From assembly GCA_964016885.1 (NCBI GenBank), contig OZ024740.1:425878001-425942000 (forward strand): DNA of 64,000 bases, given 5' to 3'. This document shows, piece by piece, positions 39,891-55,000 of the stretch. Numbering within the stretch: the first letter of the stretch is position 1; each line of letters starts with the position of its first letter. The translations under genes and the position numbers were made by a program. The notes under the pieces are model-generated. The model was not told the DNA's origin. It searched no databases and saw only the letters and a program-made list of their open reading frames with translations. The DNA comes from Eledone cirrhosa (Eukaryota).

Positions 39891-41060
39891 AATAAACTTT
39901 TCAAGGATTTACACAAGTCCAGCCTCCTGTTATTTTATTTATAATAATTAACTCCGTATTAGCACCACCAACTACACAAACGAAGACGGGTGAACTGCAC
40001 TACGTTGAGTACTCTCCATAATATTACATCAATATTGACCATACGGAATGACCAATTCTATCCAGTGGTGAACCTACAAACCTAAATAAATAATGCTCCA
40101 ATAATGTTGAGCACTTCCAGATGTAATATTGAACAGCGGCACTGACTTCAGTGTACAGCTATTGCCAGCATGGGATTAACTGATCTACTTACCATTCGGA
40201 TTTTGGCTGCGTGTGCTTCGTCTACCGCTCACCCTATCCATTGCTGCTTCCTTGTCGGGAATATTCGGATTTCGACAAAATTCTACGTATTATACTTAAG
40301 CAGGTATTGTATTGACTGATTTCCCGGCTGTGCGTTCGGAAAGTTCAGCCTTCCTTGAGTGCTTGGAAAAATAAATTTTCCCTCTTTCGGTAAACGAAAC
40401 TACTTGGAGTGGCTCGATTTGCCCCGGGGCCCGCCACACCGCCTGTTTTGACCGCCACATTATACTTATACCTATAAACTCCAGGCTTAGGCATAACTGT
40501 TAGCTGTATCATGCCTCCCTCTGCTGGCACGTAAATAAACCCCTCCTGTGTGAATTAATAGTATTCGTTTGGTATAGACGATGTCCTGTAGAAGCTGGTT
40601 GACTTCCCGCTAGCACACCCGAAGCCTATCTCAGTTACGTTCCTAGAGTACTCGGAAAAATTAATTTCCATTTATTTCGCTAGACGATACCACACGAAAC
40701 TGGCTGACACGTTGTTAGGAGGAGCTGGCTGGGATTTACAATCGAATGCTTTTATCTTTACTCTATAATCCCACCTTGATAAATCGATATTCCCTATAAT
40801 ACACTTAACCTTTTCATATAAGACTCTCTCTGTAATTTCATTAAATAAATCTAGCAACACAAACCTTTAATTTTCTATTAATTTTCTAATAATTTAATTT
40901 CATCCTATAACTCTTAACATAAGTTAACGTTACAATTTTCTGTTCACACACTAGACCATACAGACACCCATATATATACCTTTGTAAAAATATGGGTCTT
41001 TGGAGTAATATTTTTCGCGGCGTCTTCTAGCATGACTGTAGTGTGACCCTTACGCTGACT

Positions 41061-41153
<93 letters not shown>

Positions 41154-41349
41154 TCGTTTTTTTATTCTCTGGCGGAGAGGTGGTAGTACATTATAAGCCT
41201 TCGCCCCCTCACCAGATGGTCATTAGTAGACCGAGTTGCCATCTCTTGAGGACGACTGACCGAGGTGATATCAGCTAGTTGGTCAGTCGTCCTCTCTGTC
41301 TCTGATTTTCGGACCCATGGATTTTATATATTCCTTTGTTATATTTCGA

Positions 41350-41407
41350 ATACCTGATGATATCACCGGATTCATACGGAACCCAGTCATTGAAATGATC
41401 ATAGTAT
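41350..41407 (+). ncRNA. Type I HHR (family J, 3' direct copy)
   Basis: Same motif with one stem II mismatch; 1517 bp from the previous copy. Confidence 0.75.
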
Positions 41408-41450
41408 AATAAACTTTTCAAGGATTTACACCAGTCCAGCCTCCTGTTAT

Positions 41451-41558
<108 letters not shown>

Positions 41559-43275
41559 TGAAATAGCATATATATATATTATGAACAGGGCACTAGGAAG
41601 AACTAGGCCAAATCTGTTGAAATATATATTCCTGTCACCAGTATTTTTCTATGATAGCTAAGATTGATTGTTAATCATCTCATAGATTATAATCTGAATG
41701 AGACTGAAATATGAAAAGTCGTTATACAACTGCTGTGGAATGTTATATTCAGTTTTGTATTCATTTTATTTGTTTTGATGTTTTCTTCATTATTAGTTTG
41801 ATTTCTATTAATGCCGTAAAATTAGACATGGATCGCTAAAAGCAATTTACACGCTATGACAGCTTTATTTCTGACAGGTCTTTATAGAAAATAGCTAATG
41901 ATATGACTTGTCCGCCTTAGGATATGCTTGAAAATAGACAACGATTTGTTTTATGAATGAGAGGAATGTCCCACCCCATTGTCTTTGATGTTTTCACAAC
42001 TTTAAGCTCTCATTGCTGCTTTGATTTTATACGTTATAGATTAATACAAATACATTTAATTAATTCTCGGGTTTCAATTCTTATATATAACTATGATGGT
42101 GGATGGAGAGCTCTATATAGGAATATATTTCAATTATAAAAGTAGATATGAAATGTCGGGGCTTCATATAGTGATAATAATATCCCGAATCAAATAAATA
42201 ATCTTTTCTGTTTTTTGTCTTTCTTTTATCCGAACTGAACATCAGTCCAGAAGTAGTCAATATTTTCCTATGAATATGAACAGCGACTTTAAGAGAAATA
42301 CTATTGTTGAACAGAGAACACGATTATGTGTTCATTCTTCATTGCTGCAAGTTAAAAGTTACATTTAATTCGGTTGACAAACCATGGGAGTCACATCTTT
42401 ATATTTCCATACAATGAAAATTCTGGAATTTTGTGTCACAAATTGGAAACATAATCACAATTTGGAAACATAATGTTCAACAGACTCACTGACGGAATTG
42501 AACCATGTATCTATTGTTTGCTGCTTGGCTGCACTACAAGAATACACTCCCCACCCACTTTCTTTGTTACTTTCTCTTTTCCTTTTCATTCTCAATTAAA
42601 GTATTAAACCTATTTCGCCTCTGCTAACATTTTAGCTGCTAACAATAGAAATGTTTCGATTCCGTCAATGTGACTGCTGCACCTTTTTGTTTCAAATTTC
42701 TGATTAAAATCACAAATTCCATCACTGTAGTTGTCCCACCCAGAGGGGAAAAAAACAACAAAAAAACCACAACAACAACACAAAGCATGCATAAACTATA
42801 AATACATTTAACACTCAATTGTTTCTCTGGAAAAGTTTAACGGACAAACCACTCGCATTGTTGATGTATTATGTTTTTAAAAAAGATACTTATTTGATTT
42901 ACATGTTTCATTCTCCAATGTTTATATATGCTCTGTAATAATAAATTTATGACGACCGGAAGCATACTGTCTGTATTTACCTCTGCACTACCTTTCGCTA
43001 ATCTGGATGCACCACTGTTATATAATTTACCTTCTATGTAACATACGGCGTTTCTTGGGCATTTTAAACCCGGCGGAATCCATCCGCTCGCCAAGTCTGA
43101 ATACAGATTTCTTTAGGAGAATGAAAGAACGGGAGAGTGAGAGGAAGTAAGAGAGATATGGAGGAAGAATCGACCGGAGTTCTTGTCTCGTAGTTCTTTT
43201 ATCGACCTTGAAGAATGGATGGAAGGCAAAGTTAAACTCGACGGTATTTGAGTGAGCACAGAACCGGAATAAATA

Positions 43276-43350
<75 letters not shown>

Positions 43351-43592
43351 CTTTGAGCACATTATTTACATATATATATATATATATGCTCCTTTGAGCC
43401 CATTATTTACAGGAAACGGTGAGAGTCTATGACTCCGTTAATGTATCGTGGTATATATATAAATCAAGAAAGAGAAGAGTGACACCGTTTGCTATACAAT
43501 AAGGGCTTTAATCACATTGCTGACAATTGTTTCTCTGAACTGGTAGGTCTAGAGATCTAAGTGGACTACCTATAACAAAACTCTGTTATCCC

Positions 43593-43640
<48 letters not shown>

Positions 43641-43644
<4 letters not shown>

Positions 43645-44040
43645 GGAATAGAATGAAACGAAATTTCATTTCTCACTCTTAGTATAGCACTTACTTAAAT
43701 GTAAGTGTGCATGTATATACACGTATACACATATATGTATACAGACGCACAGTAGTATGTATATATATACACGCATGCACACATATATATATGCACGTAT
43801 CGGTTTACCGAACATTAATTATAATGCTCGGTTTGTTTGCTTGTAAACAAACAAACAAACCGAATTACGCCGTACAGTGTTTAGGCAACCACGTCACCTT
43901 TTGTTCAACACTGACACAGGAACGATGTACTAGTTTCAAGCTTATTAGCTATCGTCAGCATCGTATACCTTCCTGCCAGATGGTTGAACGTCTGAAAGTA
44001 TATACTTTCCTTATGCATATTAACGGCTGGGCAGCCTAAT
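43641..44040 (-). mobile_element. Non-autonomous HHR element, family C
   Basis: Homologous to 61943-62322 and 6293-6566; 3' end abuts (TA)n. Confidence 0.8.
43922..43964 (-). ncRNA. Minimal type I HHR (family C)
   Basis: ACGATG-CTGACGA-T-AGCT-AATA-AGCT-T-GAAA-CTAG-TA-CATCGT; GUA site. Confidence 0.85.
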
Positions 44041-44320
44041 TTGCATATCGAGTGAGTTCAGTCGGCCGGGCACTACTGTGCGTCTGTATACATATATGTA
44101 TGTACGTGTACATACATACTTATATATATATATATATATATTTATATATGAAAATTGGTAGAACGTTGGACAGAAGGCATTGCGGTATTTATTCCGGCTC
44201 TCTGCTCACTCAAATTCCGCCGAATTTAACTTTGCCTTTCATTCATTCTTCAAGGTCCATAAAAGAAGTGCGAGACAAGAGCCCCGGTCGATTCTTCCTC
44301 CCTTTCTCTTTCTTTATATA

Positions 44321-44402
<82 letters not shown>

Positions 44403-44685
44403 AGTTAATATAAATTAATATATGATAAACACCAATATAAACATATAAGCGTTTGTATTGTAAATGACCAAGTTATATATATATACGATTAAATTTGGTG
44501 ATTCACCATTGGGTAGAATTGGTACTTCTCCCAAGTAAATCGTGATGTAATATTATGAAAGCACTTGATGTTATGCAACTCATCCTTCTTTGATGTTGAA
44601 TCATGTTGGTGGTGCGGGAGTGGAATTGAATTATATTATAGGGTAAAATGACAGGAAGCCTCCTGTCATTTTACTCTATAATATA

Positions 44686-45039
44686 TCTTTATATATATAA
44701 AAGCGAGGATGTGTGTGTGTCTGTGTACAACTTTGGATACCTAAGGCTTTTACAATTACCAACCGAATTTGACCAAATTTTCTGTGCACGTTGCACAGGT
44801 CGCTATGATGGTCACATCACAAGCATTTTTACAATCGACCCACGTTGAGCAATAAAAATCGATATCAAAATTATAGGTAGCAAAATTGATGTAAGGGAGA
44901 TAACCAACTTTATTGACAATCCTTATAAAGAGACTGCTTATTTTGACAGGTAGGGGACAAATAATGTTCTTCTTTTACTTCCTAGCTGTATATTCTTAGC
45001 ATAATTTCAAACCCCGAGCAACGCCGGGTAAATCTGCTA

Positions 45040-45040
<1 letters not shown>
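44686..45040 (+). mobile_element. Non-autonomous Helitron-like element
   Basis: 5' TC..tatatataaaag start, subterminal hairpin CCCGAGCAACGCCGGG, 3' CTAG end; inserted between A and T. Confidence 0.7.
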
Positions 45041-45107
<67 letters not shown>

Positions 45108-45110
<3 letters not shown>

Positions 45111-45276
45111 AACGAGTAAGACCCCGACGGCTGAGCTCAGTCCAGAATTAGCAGTCGAAACGGCTTGAGCTCAGCCGTCGGGGTCCTACTCGTTCCTATT
45201 ACCTACTCTGCTACCCTAAGTATTGAGTACTTTGGTGCGTTATGGTTCACCTGGTTCCTTACCACATTTCCTCCGT

Positions 45277-45277
<1 letters not shown>
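45108..45277 (+). mobile_element. Family D short element with partial 5' inversion
   Basis: Homology to 39284-39476; flanked by (TA)n. Confidence 0.78.
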
Positions 45278-45368
<91 letters not shown>

Positions 45369-46569
45369 CACACATAAACATTTATTATATCATATTATAT
45401 ACATATTTTTAAGTATATATGAAATATGCTTACATACACGTATATACATTTATACAAACATCTAACGTTTTATATAAATACTTGATTAGATGTATACATA
45501 CATGTACAGTATATTCTCATTGTTTCTAACTCTCCACTTCTCTCTGCTATTTCTTGTATATCTTTCACACAAGCTATCTCCCTCCAATTCCTATGTACCC
45601 TATTACAGTTTATATTGTGTGCTAACATTAAACAGAAATAACAAACGACACTGCAGTGAATAAATATATTAGTTTAAGGCTTAATATAGTAGGAACAAAT
45701 CTTAACATTTCGGACATCAGCAGGTAGAATGGGCAATAAAAGAGGAAATAGAAGATAAAGAGTGAGAAAAGGTAGCAATAGGAAAACACGTGTATTCAGT
45801 CAGCGTTCTGTTTATGGGGCAGTTTTCACTATAGTATTTTCCCGCCAGTCTACATACGACCATACCGTCATTCATTCATGTGTCTGACGGTTTCTCTGTA
45901 TGGCTAGATGGAGACTTTGACGACTGGCTGGTTTGATAGACGGAGGAATGGATGGTTGAACGGAGGAATCGTTGCATGATGGGATGGATGGGTTGCTGGA
46001 TTAACGAAATCATGATATAAAACTCAAGCTATTCACTAGAATGAGATATGACAGCTATGGTACCTGTTTAGTTAAACATGTCAGAACTAGAGAGAAAACA
46101 ATGTCTGAACGAACTACTTCACCCGTGCAGACGATCAATGTAAGCTATCGTTTTTGTCTCTTCATATTTCTCTTCTTCTTTTTCCTCCACTGGTATCTGT
46201 ACAACTAATAATACCACCACCTCCCAGCTCTGTCAACACCATCCGCCAAATGTATAGATAGGCCAGGTCACTACCTTCGTCACATGCACCACCGAAACCA
46301 CTACAAACAACAACAATACCATCAACAATATCGCCACAACGACCATAGAAATATCAGCTCCATCAATACCACACCACCTACCTTCACTACTACTGCATGT
46401 CTACTATAAGCACGGTCAAACTGCTAGAAATAGCAGCCAAATCTGCTTCAAATCAACTCCTCCTTGCTTTAAAAGAATCGTGTTAGATAATGTTGTCCTA
46501 CGTTCTTGATACATAGAAAAATATGGGGATGGTCATGGTGGAAAAGCCTTTGATTATTGATCTGCTTGA

Positions 46570-46750
46570 ATAGTGTTTCTACTTTTGGCACAAGGCCAGG
46601 GATTACCCTAGTGCATCACTGGTACTTTATTTTATCGACCTCGTAAGGATGAAAGGCAAAGTTAACCTCGGCGGATTTGAACTCAGAACGCAAAGGGCCA
46701 TACTTATGATGCAAAGCATGCTGTCTGACGCTCTACCGATACTGCCAAAC
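46570..46750 (-). mobile_element. SINE family 2 (further copies about 47880-48022 -, 48541-48722 -, 50790-50900 -; related 43050-43270 -, 44155-44310 +, 49030-49330 +)
   Basis: Shared ggtactttattttatcgacc..gtaaggatgaaaggcaaagttaacctcggcgg(g)atttgaactcag. Confidence 0.8.
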
Positions 46751-47541
46751 CACCGGACTGCTTGAATAGTGTGGACTAAGAGCTAAGCAAAAGCAACAAA
46801 AATTGCTCCTACTATTTCTACAATATCTTTTCCTGAAATTATTGTTATCGTTGTTTATGTTGCTGCTGTTGTTTTCGTTGTTGTTACTGTTGTTGTTGAT
46901 CTTCTGTGTCTTCTTAAAACCTATTGCTTTTGATGGTGGGATATTTGTTTATTTATGTTTATTTTCAGTTTAATTTTGTTTTATCCCCTCCTCCTTCTCT
47001 GCCCTGGCTAAACTTCTCAGATGAACAATTGTTAAATCAAGTAATAAGATCTACACTATCATTATCTAACCGGGGTGATTAGTCATGACAACGGGGCGGC
47101 AGACATTAGTATTTATTTGCTTTCATCACTTTATGACCTAAGTTCAAATCTCTAAGAGGTCAATTTGTTTTTATTTCCTAATGTCATACCTCCTCCGCCC
47201 CTTGTCAACAAAATCCCTACAATGTTTCTCACTGTTGCTGTTTTGTAGCCCCAACTAAGCTCTAATGTAGCAGACCTATGATCTATGGTGCTCCAGCTGC
47301 GACTTATTTTCAGAACTGTGGTGTATCACGGACAACATTATCTAATGATTTTTTGTTTTCAAATGGTAGAATATGCTTTGAGGAAGATTTGTCTGCTGTT
47401 TCTAGCAAATAAAGTGACTAGGTAGAGATGCCCGCATCATGGCAAACGGTTTGAATCGGTTTCATCGTCGTACGACAACTTACTGACCATCTGCCAATAG
47501 AAAAGATTAATATTAATTTTGAGTTTGCCATATAGATGGAG

Positions 47542-47610
<69 letters not shown>

Positions 47611-50329
47611 TAGTTGCTGTTGTTGCTTTTGTTGTTTAGTCTAAGATAAACTATAATCAGAATCCAATGGCCATACAGCCTCGTATCTATCTACAACCAC
47701 ATAGTACAAAGTATTAGCATTCGTTTGGTTTAGATGATAAGAGTGTAACTTGGCGGAGTGTATACCAACTATTTCTTTAACGTCGGAGTAGCAATCTCTT
47801 TAGCTTAGCTTGCCCGGTAGGTAATTCCTTCTTTATTCTGTCCGCCGGGACCGTGGGGCGGCTAGAACGTGGGATTCCAGCAATTACCCAGTGTATTACT
47901 GGTACTTTATTTTATCGACCCCGTAAGGATGAAAGGCAAAGTTAACCTCGGCGGGATTTGAACTCAGAATGGCAAGGGCTGTAACTCCATGCGTCAAAGC
48001 ATGGCGTCCGACCCTCTACCGATAATAGTGAGAGATGGGGAGAGCGAGAGAGACGGAGGCAGTGACTGAAAGAGAGAGAGTGAGAACATCAACACACACA
48101 CACTTGAAAAGACAACGTTAGATGTTATTGTGAGGTAGAGGTAAAAGAAACATGAAACTATTTCCTGAAAACCGAATGAATTGTGATGCAGTTGATGTCC
48201 AGTTTAAATGTCTGTTGTAGAAAGCTAAAACTATTGTTGCTGTCCTTAGCAAACCTATAGCCAAAGAACGATTCTCTCAATTTTCAGATATAGTGTAAGT
48301 AGAGCAACTACATAACATAATAACACTTTTAAACATCATCCAATATGATATATAAGAGATTTAGCTGCTATTTTAACAGAGAGTGTGTTCCCGTAGAGTC
48401 TCACACGTTGAGGCTTTTGCAATTTACTAGAATCAGAAACTAATTCTATGAGACTTAATGTTCCTATATGTGTCCACTTTAGTTCGAAATGTGTCTCGGT
48501 GCCTGTGACTACGTTTGTCTCTGTATAGAATAGAGAGATAATTGTTTCTACTTATGGCACAAGGCCAGCAATTACCAGTACATTACTGGTACTTTATTTT
48601 ATCGACCCCGTAAGGATGAAAGGCAAATTTAACCTCGACGGGATTTGAACTCAGATCGTTAAGGAACGTAACTATGCTGGAAAGCATGGCATCCGACCCT
48701 CTACCGATACTGCCAATCCACCAATGAACTTCTATAATAGCAGCTATTAATAGGGGCTGTTTAAGTCTGTCTTGATCTTGAATACATACTTTACATGTTA
48801 TTTCAGTATCAGAAACCAAGTCTGGCCACACTACATGTGTCATATGTTAACATAGATCAGGTGATGTTCCTGTAACATATTCTTCCTTAACTCCAATCTG
48901 ACTGTCATTCCTACACTATCACAGCTTCATCACAACTCAAATCCTCTGCCATGTTGAACTATATCTTCAGCCATTGGAATGAAACTTCGAAAATCATTTA
49001 AAAAAAGAATATGATACTTTAACCTAATTTTGGCGGCGATTCGGCAGAATCATTCGAACATCTGATAGAATGCTTTGTGGTATTCGTTCCGGCTTTCAAC
49101 TCCCTGAGTTCAAATCATGCCGACGTCAAACTTGCCTTTTATCCATTCAAGGTCGATTTTAAAAGTGCCAGTCTAGTACTGGAGTCATTCCCTCCTCTAT
49201 ATCTGTCTCACTTTCATTCTCTTACTCTTTCTATCCTTCTCTGGAGGAAATCTTCTGTATTTAGACCCGGAGATGAGATATTCTCCGCCAGCTTCAAAAT
49301 GCCTTAGAAACGCCATATGTCAATACGGTGCCCCTACGACTCTCTCGGGATTTAGGGTACCATTGATTCAGTCTAATTCCCCTTTCTTCGACCAATTTCA
49401 ATCCAACAAGGTAAGAAACTCGCCTTTCCCAAGTAATTGCAGTGACTCACTCTCGATTTCTTTGTAAACTACATTAATATCAGCCCCACCATGTGGCTTC
49501 ACTAACTCCCCGCCATACGTTTTCAATCTCATCGACGTGTCTTTGAAATCCTTCAAATTACTCAATTCTTTTAATTTCCTTAATTTCATCACTGATCATG
49601 AAGCACATTTGTAAACCTTCATCACCTGTTGATTATTTACAAATAATTCAACCTGCACCGGCGGTGTACACGATGTACTTGAAATGTTGTATACTGTTCC
49701 ATCAACTTCATTCTATCTTCATTCTAATTCATGTTGTCAGTGACAACATATCACTACAGATGACAACTTGTCACTACAGATCCCATCATCCTTTCTTTAC
49801 ATAGTGATGTGTCTACACCCTCCACGTGTATATCCTATACACATACACACGAAGGACACGTATTAGCAAGATGGTTTGTACTGCCACAACAGTAGCATAC
49901 ACCTTTTTCTCGCAATCTATAAATAAATGTTTCAAACTCATTTCTTGGTAGCCTCTACACACATTCTAGCCGACTCTTCAGTTACCACAACATATTTCAA
50001 GGGTACTCTCTAATATCAGGGTTTTTACAATAGGCAGTCTCTGTTGGAATTTTGTTTCATTCCGTACTCATATCACCACTTTGCCCCTTAGCTGCGCATT
50101 GACGTTCTTATCAAAAGTTCATTTTTCTAAGTGTTGAGACGTATTGACTAATGGTTCCTTCGCCTTTCCTGATAACTATCATATGCGTATGACTTATAAA
50201 TATATGGAAACATTTAAGTTGGAGATATAATAATAGTAGAAACAGAAGCGAAATACTAACAGGGAAACTGCGAAGTAAACAGTCAATAACAATAACAAGT
50301 ACAAAACTAATAAAATGACAAGTCAGTCA

Positions 50330-50630
50330 ATCCTATTGGTGGCCTCCCCACAGCCCCGGCGGACAGAAGGGAGAAGGCGTTTCCCCGGAGGTCGGCAAGG
50401 GAGATGCGCTGGAAAAGCCATTCCAACTCGCAGGGCTCACACCTGCGGCTGGCCAGCTCAGCGCCTATGGTGGTGAGTAGGGGGGTAGCCCTAGGGCCGA
50501 GGACACCAGAAGTCTCCACTGCCAAAGGTACAACCACAAACCTGTCGGAGAGCGACCGGTATTTGAAGAGTTTGGCCTCCTCAGCTCGACATGCAGCAGA
50601 ACCTGGGTTAGTTACAGACTGCATATCCCA
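50330..50630 (-). pseudogene. 3' fragment of a CRE-like non-LTR retrotransposon (RLE domain)
   Basis: AEEAKLFKY..FVVVPLAVETSGVLGPRA..LFQRISLADLRGNA; GC-rich island. Confidence 0.75.
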
Positions 50631-51641
50631 CAAATAAGGTAAAAAAGAAAACATTTATGAATATCATTGACGGCTGCGTGTATGTATATCTCCATGAGCT
50701 GAGATAGCTCATCAAATGCTTTATTCACCCAGTACTATATTTGTTTGAACCTGAAGAATAGCATAGTATTTAGCATCAACTACAGATTATAATTGTTTCT
50801 ACTTTTGGCACAGGGCCAACATTTATCCTAGTGCATTACTGGTACTTTATTTTATCGACCCCGTAAGGATGAAAGGCAAAGTTAACCTCGGTGGGATTTG
50901 AGATTAACTGCAGACTATAATATAGCTCGATCCTTACTATTGTCTTTTACACCATTCACAGAAATAAAAAAAAACGTCTTTAATCACAGAGATGTCCTTG
51001 GGCTAAACAACAAAATAAGGAACAAGTCTAAAAGAAAAGCCAACATTTCCAGCAGCAAATACAAATGAAAAACTTCCACCTGTAGAAACCTCAAATACAT
51101 TTCATTTGTACTTCTGGCTATTAATTTGCATTGGCTAAGAGTGAAAGCTTTATGTCCTTTAAAGTTTATGTATTCACCCAGCGCATACCATGATGTCCCA
51201 AACAATATAACAATTTATAGCCTCGCCTTAACTCAGGCTAAATTACACACTGAGAAATACTTTATATGCGGGCACACACACACACGCGCACATACATACA
51301 CACATTCACACATTCACACGCACACAGACATATATATATATATATATATATGGATAATAGACAACATATAAGAGTGTACTTTTATATCTGTACCCACATA
51401 TTTATATATATACATACACACACACATTTATATATATATATAAACACATATATACATATACATATATAATTATGCATATGACTGTTTGTGTGTGTGTGTG
51501 GATATAAAAGTGCACAGACACACTCACACACTCACACACTCACACACTCACACATGTTTTATCCAGAACACACCATTTTCTGTTTCACTCTTGGTTTATT
51601 CAGTACTATCGGTATCATTCTATCCAACACACACACACATA

Positions 51642-51673
<32 letters not shown>

Positions 51674-51852
51674 CCACGATCACCACCATCACCATCACCA
51701 CCACCGCCCCCATCACCATCATCACCATCATCACCATCATCACCACCATCACCACCACCACCCGCATCACCATCATCACCACCATCACCATCATCACCAT
51801 CATCATCACCATCACCCTCATCACCATCACCATCACCATCACCATCATCATC
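51642..51852. repeat. (CAT/CAC)n compound microsatellite
   Basis: Direct reading. Confidence 0.9.
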
Positions 51853-52061
51853 ACACCTACACAACTACATCTATATAAGTATGTACCTTTGTAAGTGACT
51901 ATACACACGTGTCTCCCCCTCTACACACCACAACACTATAACATCCATTTGAAATAGCCCAGTATTGTATGGGATTACATTTATATTGATAGAGTCTTCG
52001 ACTTCGCAGATGTGTAAACTAACATTGTTGCTTTTCTAGTATTAGTATTAGTATTAATAAT

Positions 52062-55000
52062 GCTTTCTTTATGAGCCACAAGGGTTTACATAAAGTAGAC
52101 ATTAAGGACATTACAGGACAATACAGGACGGTACAAATGGGCATTTCTGCGTGTAAAAAAAACAGAGGATGTAATAAAAATAACAATGAAAAATTCCCCA
52201 ATAGGGGGGAAACTACCGAAGGACATTTGTGGAGAAAGCCCATTAAAAGGCCACAGTGACCCTGACCACCAGGGCAAGTGCCCTCTCCCAGTTTTCCACC
52301 TTTAATTTAAAGACACATACTCAGAGTAGGCCCATTCACTCGGGCCATTCTTGCTTCTCTCACCCATCTTTCAACAAAATGCTGGGAAGAGAGCACTTCC
52401 AACTCTACCCTCATTTTCCTTTTCAAAGGAAATTTGAAAAAGTCAATCAGGGCATCACCGAAGAGGTAAGTGCTCGTCTTCAGCCCTTTCAAACGTGTCC
52501 ACCATACTATCTCTTTCGCCATGGCCTCCAGACAGATAAAAACTGCCTGCCCTTCCCGGCTAAAGGAAGAGGGCGGGGCAATACTCACGATGGACTCAGC
52601 TGATAGCTGGATCCGTCCTACACGTAACAGCAGGTGTTCGACATAAACCCACAAGTCAGCAATACGCGGACACTGGACGAGTGCGTGCAGGACGGTTTCG
52701 TCACCCTGCGCGCATCTCGGACATGCCCGGCTGACAGCACCTCCATGCCTGTAGAGTTTATCCCGAACTGGCAAAGATCCTCGGTAGCACTGCCAGGCCA
52801 GTGATTTCTGGAAGTTGTCCATAGGCCCCGGCCCGAAAGTCCTTCCGAAGAGATTGGCTAGTTGATTTTCGTCGACGCCTAGAGTTTCTCGAAGTACGTC
52901 GTCGCTCTTCCCCTCCACTAATCTTCTATAGAACGCCAAGATGGAGTTTCCACCGATCACATTGCCCGATTGGTAGATGGCTGTGAGCGCCTGAAGACAT
53001 TCCAGTCGCCAAGCGCTCCCTCTTGGTCTTCGCTTGACCCAGGACTGCAGCTCCGTCAAGGAGACGAGCTGGGAAAAGACGTGTCTAGCAAACGGCGACC
53101 ACACCTGATCACCGTCGAGGAAGAGGTGGAGATGTCGTAGCCTGAGCGCGTGTCTGCCCATCATCAGCCACGGCATGCCCAGCCCTCCACGTAGCGGGTG
53201 TTGACAACAGATGGACCGCCTGACAATCGGAGCGCGTCCCTTCCTCAAAAAGCGAAAGAGCAAACGCTCCAGCGCAGTCAGGCGGGGCTTAGGACAAGGT
53301 ACGACGGTCAGGCGGTAGTAGATGACGGACACGATGTACGCGTTGGCCCCCTCCGCTCGACCTTTCAGGGATAGCTACCTCTCCGTCCATTTCTGGGTGA
53401 GAGAAGCCACCCTGTTCGTCACCTCGTCCCAGTTTTTGTCCGTCTGGAGGTCCGCACCGAATCAGACCCCATGCAATTTAACCGGTTCGTCCGTCCAGCG
53501 GAGCTGCAGGCCAACTGCAGGTGCCGAGCTGCAGGCCCACTGACTTTTCCTGGTTGATCATTGCTCCTGTCACCGCTTCGTATTCTCTTAGTGTAGTGCC
53601 AATCGCCTCGATGTGTTTGGCGTTCTACACAACTACGGTGACATCGTCCGCATATGCTGACACGGATCTTCCGCATCCTAGTTCGCGCGGGACCCCCCTC
53701 AACGTCTCCAGTTTGTGCAGTAATGGCTCGAGAGTCAATACGTACAAGAGGGTCGAGAGGGGACATCCTTGGCGGACCGAGCGCATGATGTTGAACAGTT
53801 TCGAAAGGTGACCGTTCACTCTTACCACAGAGCAGATGTCGCTGTGCATGGCAGCGATCCAGCCTCGGAAGACGGGCCCAAAGCCAGCCGCCCTCAGGAC
53901 TGCAGCTAGGTAACGATGGTCGACCCCATCGAAAGCTTTCGAATGATCTAAATTGATCAAGGACCCACCCGTGCCAGGTTCCCTAGCTACCCTCTCTACG
54001 ATGTATCACATGAGGTGGAGGTTGTCGTGGATGGATCTGTCGGGAATGGCGCACGACTGCGCCTCTCCTACAAGACCACCAACGACAAGCGCCAACCTCT
54101 TTGCTAGCACCTTGGCCAAAATCTTGAACTCTGTGTTTAGCAGAGTTATGGGCCTGAAATTATCTATGTTATCCCCCTTGTTCGGATCCGTTCTCAGCAG
54201 CGCCACAGCTCCTCGGCTCACAGAGTTGGGAATTCTCCCGTTCTGTTGCCAGTTGCAGTAGACGTCCGCCAAGAGACCTCCGAACAAGTCTGGCATCTGT
54301 ACGTAAAGTTCATAGGACACACCATCCAAACCAGGCGATTTACCCCTTGTGCAGCCAGTCATTGCCTCCCTACTTCAGCGGCTGTTATCGGCTTTTCGCA
54401 ACACTCCTCCTCAGTGGCCGAGAGCCGCGGCAGTCCGTCGAGGTAGACAAAAAATCCATCCCTCGATCCGGTCCGCCGCTGCCCCCGAACAGCTGTGCGA
54501 AGTGTCGCTGAAAAGCTTCACACATTTGCCCAGGATCGAGTAGCATGCGCCCATGGTGGTCCACCAAAGACCGGATCGTGGCTTTGTTGCCACGACGCGT
54601 CTCCGTCACTCATGCCCATTGAACGGCTTACGTTACCTCGTGTCTGAGAGCACGCACCCTAGCTCTGACAACGCAGCCTTCGTGCTTTGCATTGAAGAAT
54701 TGGTCAAGGGCCAATTTCGCCGCAAGTACGTCGGTCGCGATGCCTTTGCTAAGCGCCTCGTCTAATTTTCTAACTAATTCTCTCTCTGTTCTATTTTTTT
54801 CTATTGCTAAAGCTTTACTAAACCTAATGGACTCTATTCTAATTGCTCTTTTCAGAGCAAACCACCACTTGTTGTTGACGATGGCCCCCGTCAACGCCCG
54901 CTTAACTAGTTCGCTGATCCGGTCTCTGTAGGCCTTGCGCGCTGGTAAGGAGGCGTTTAGCTTCCAGTAGCCGGGTCCTCGTTTATGAAGCCTATCTAAG

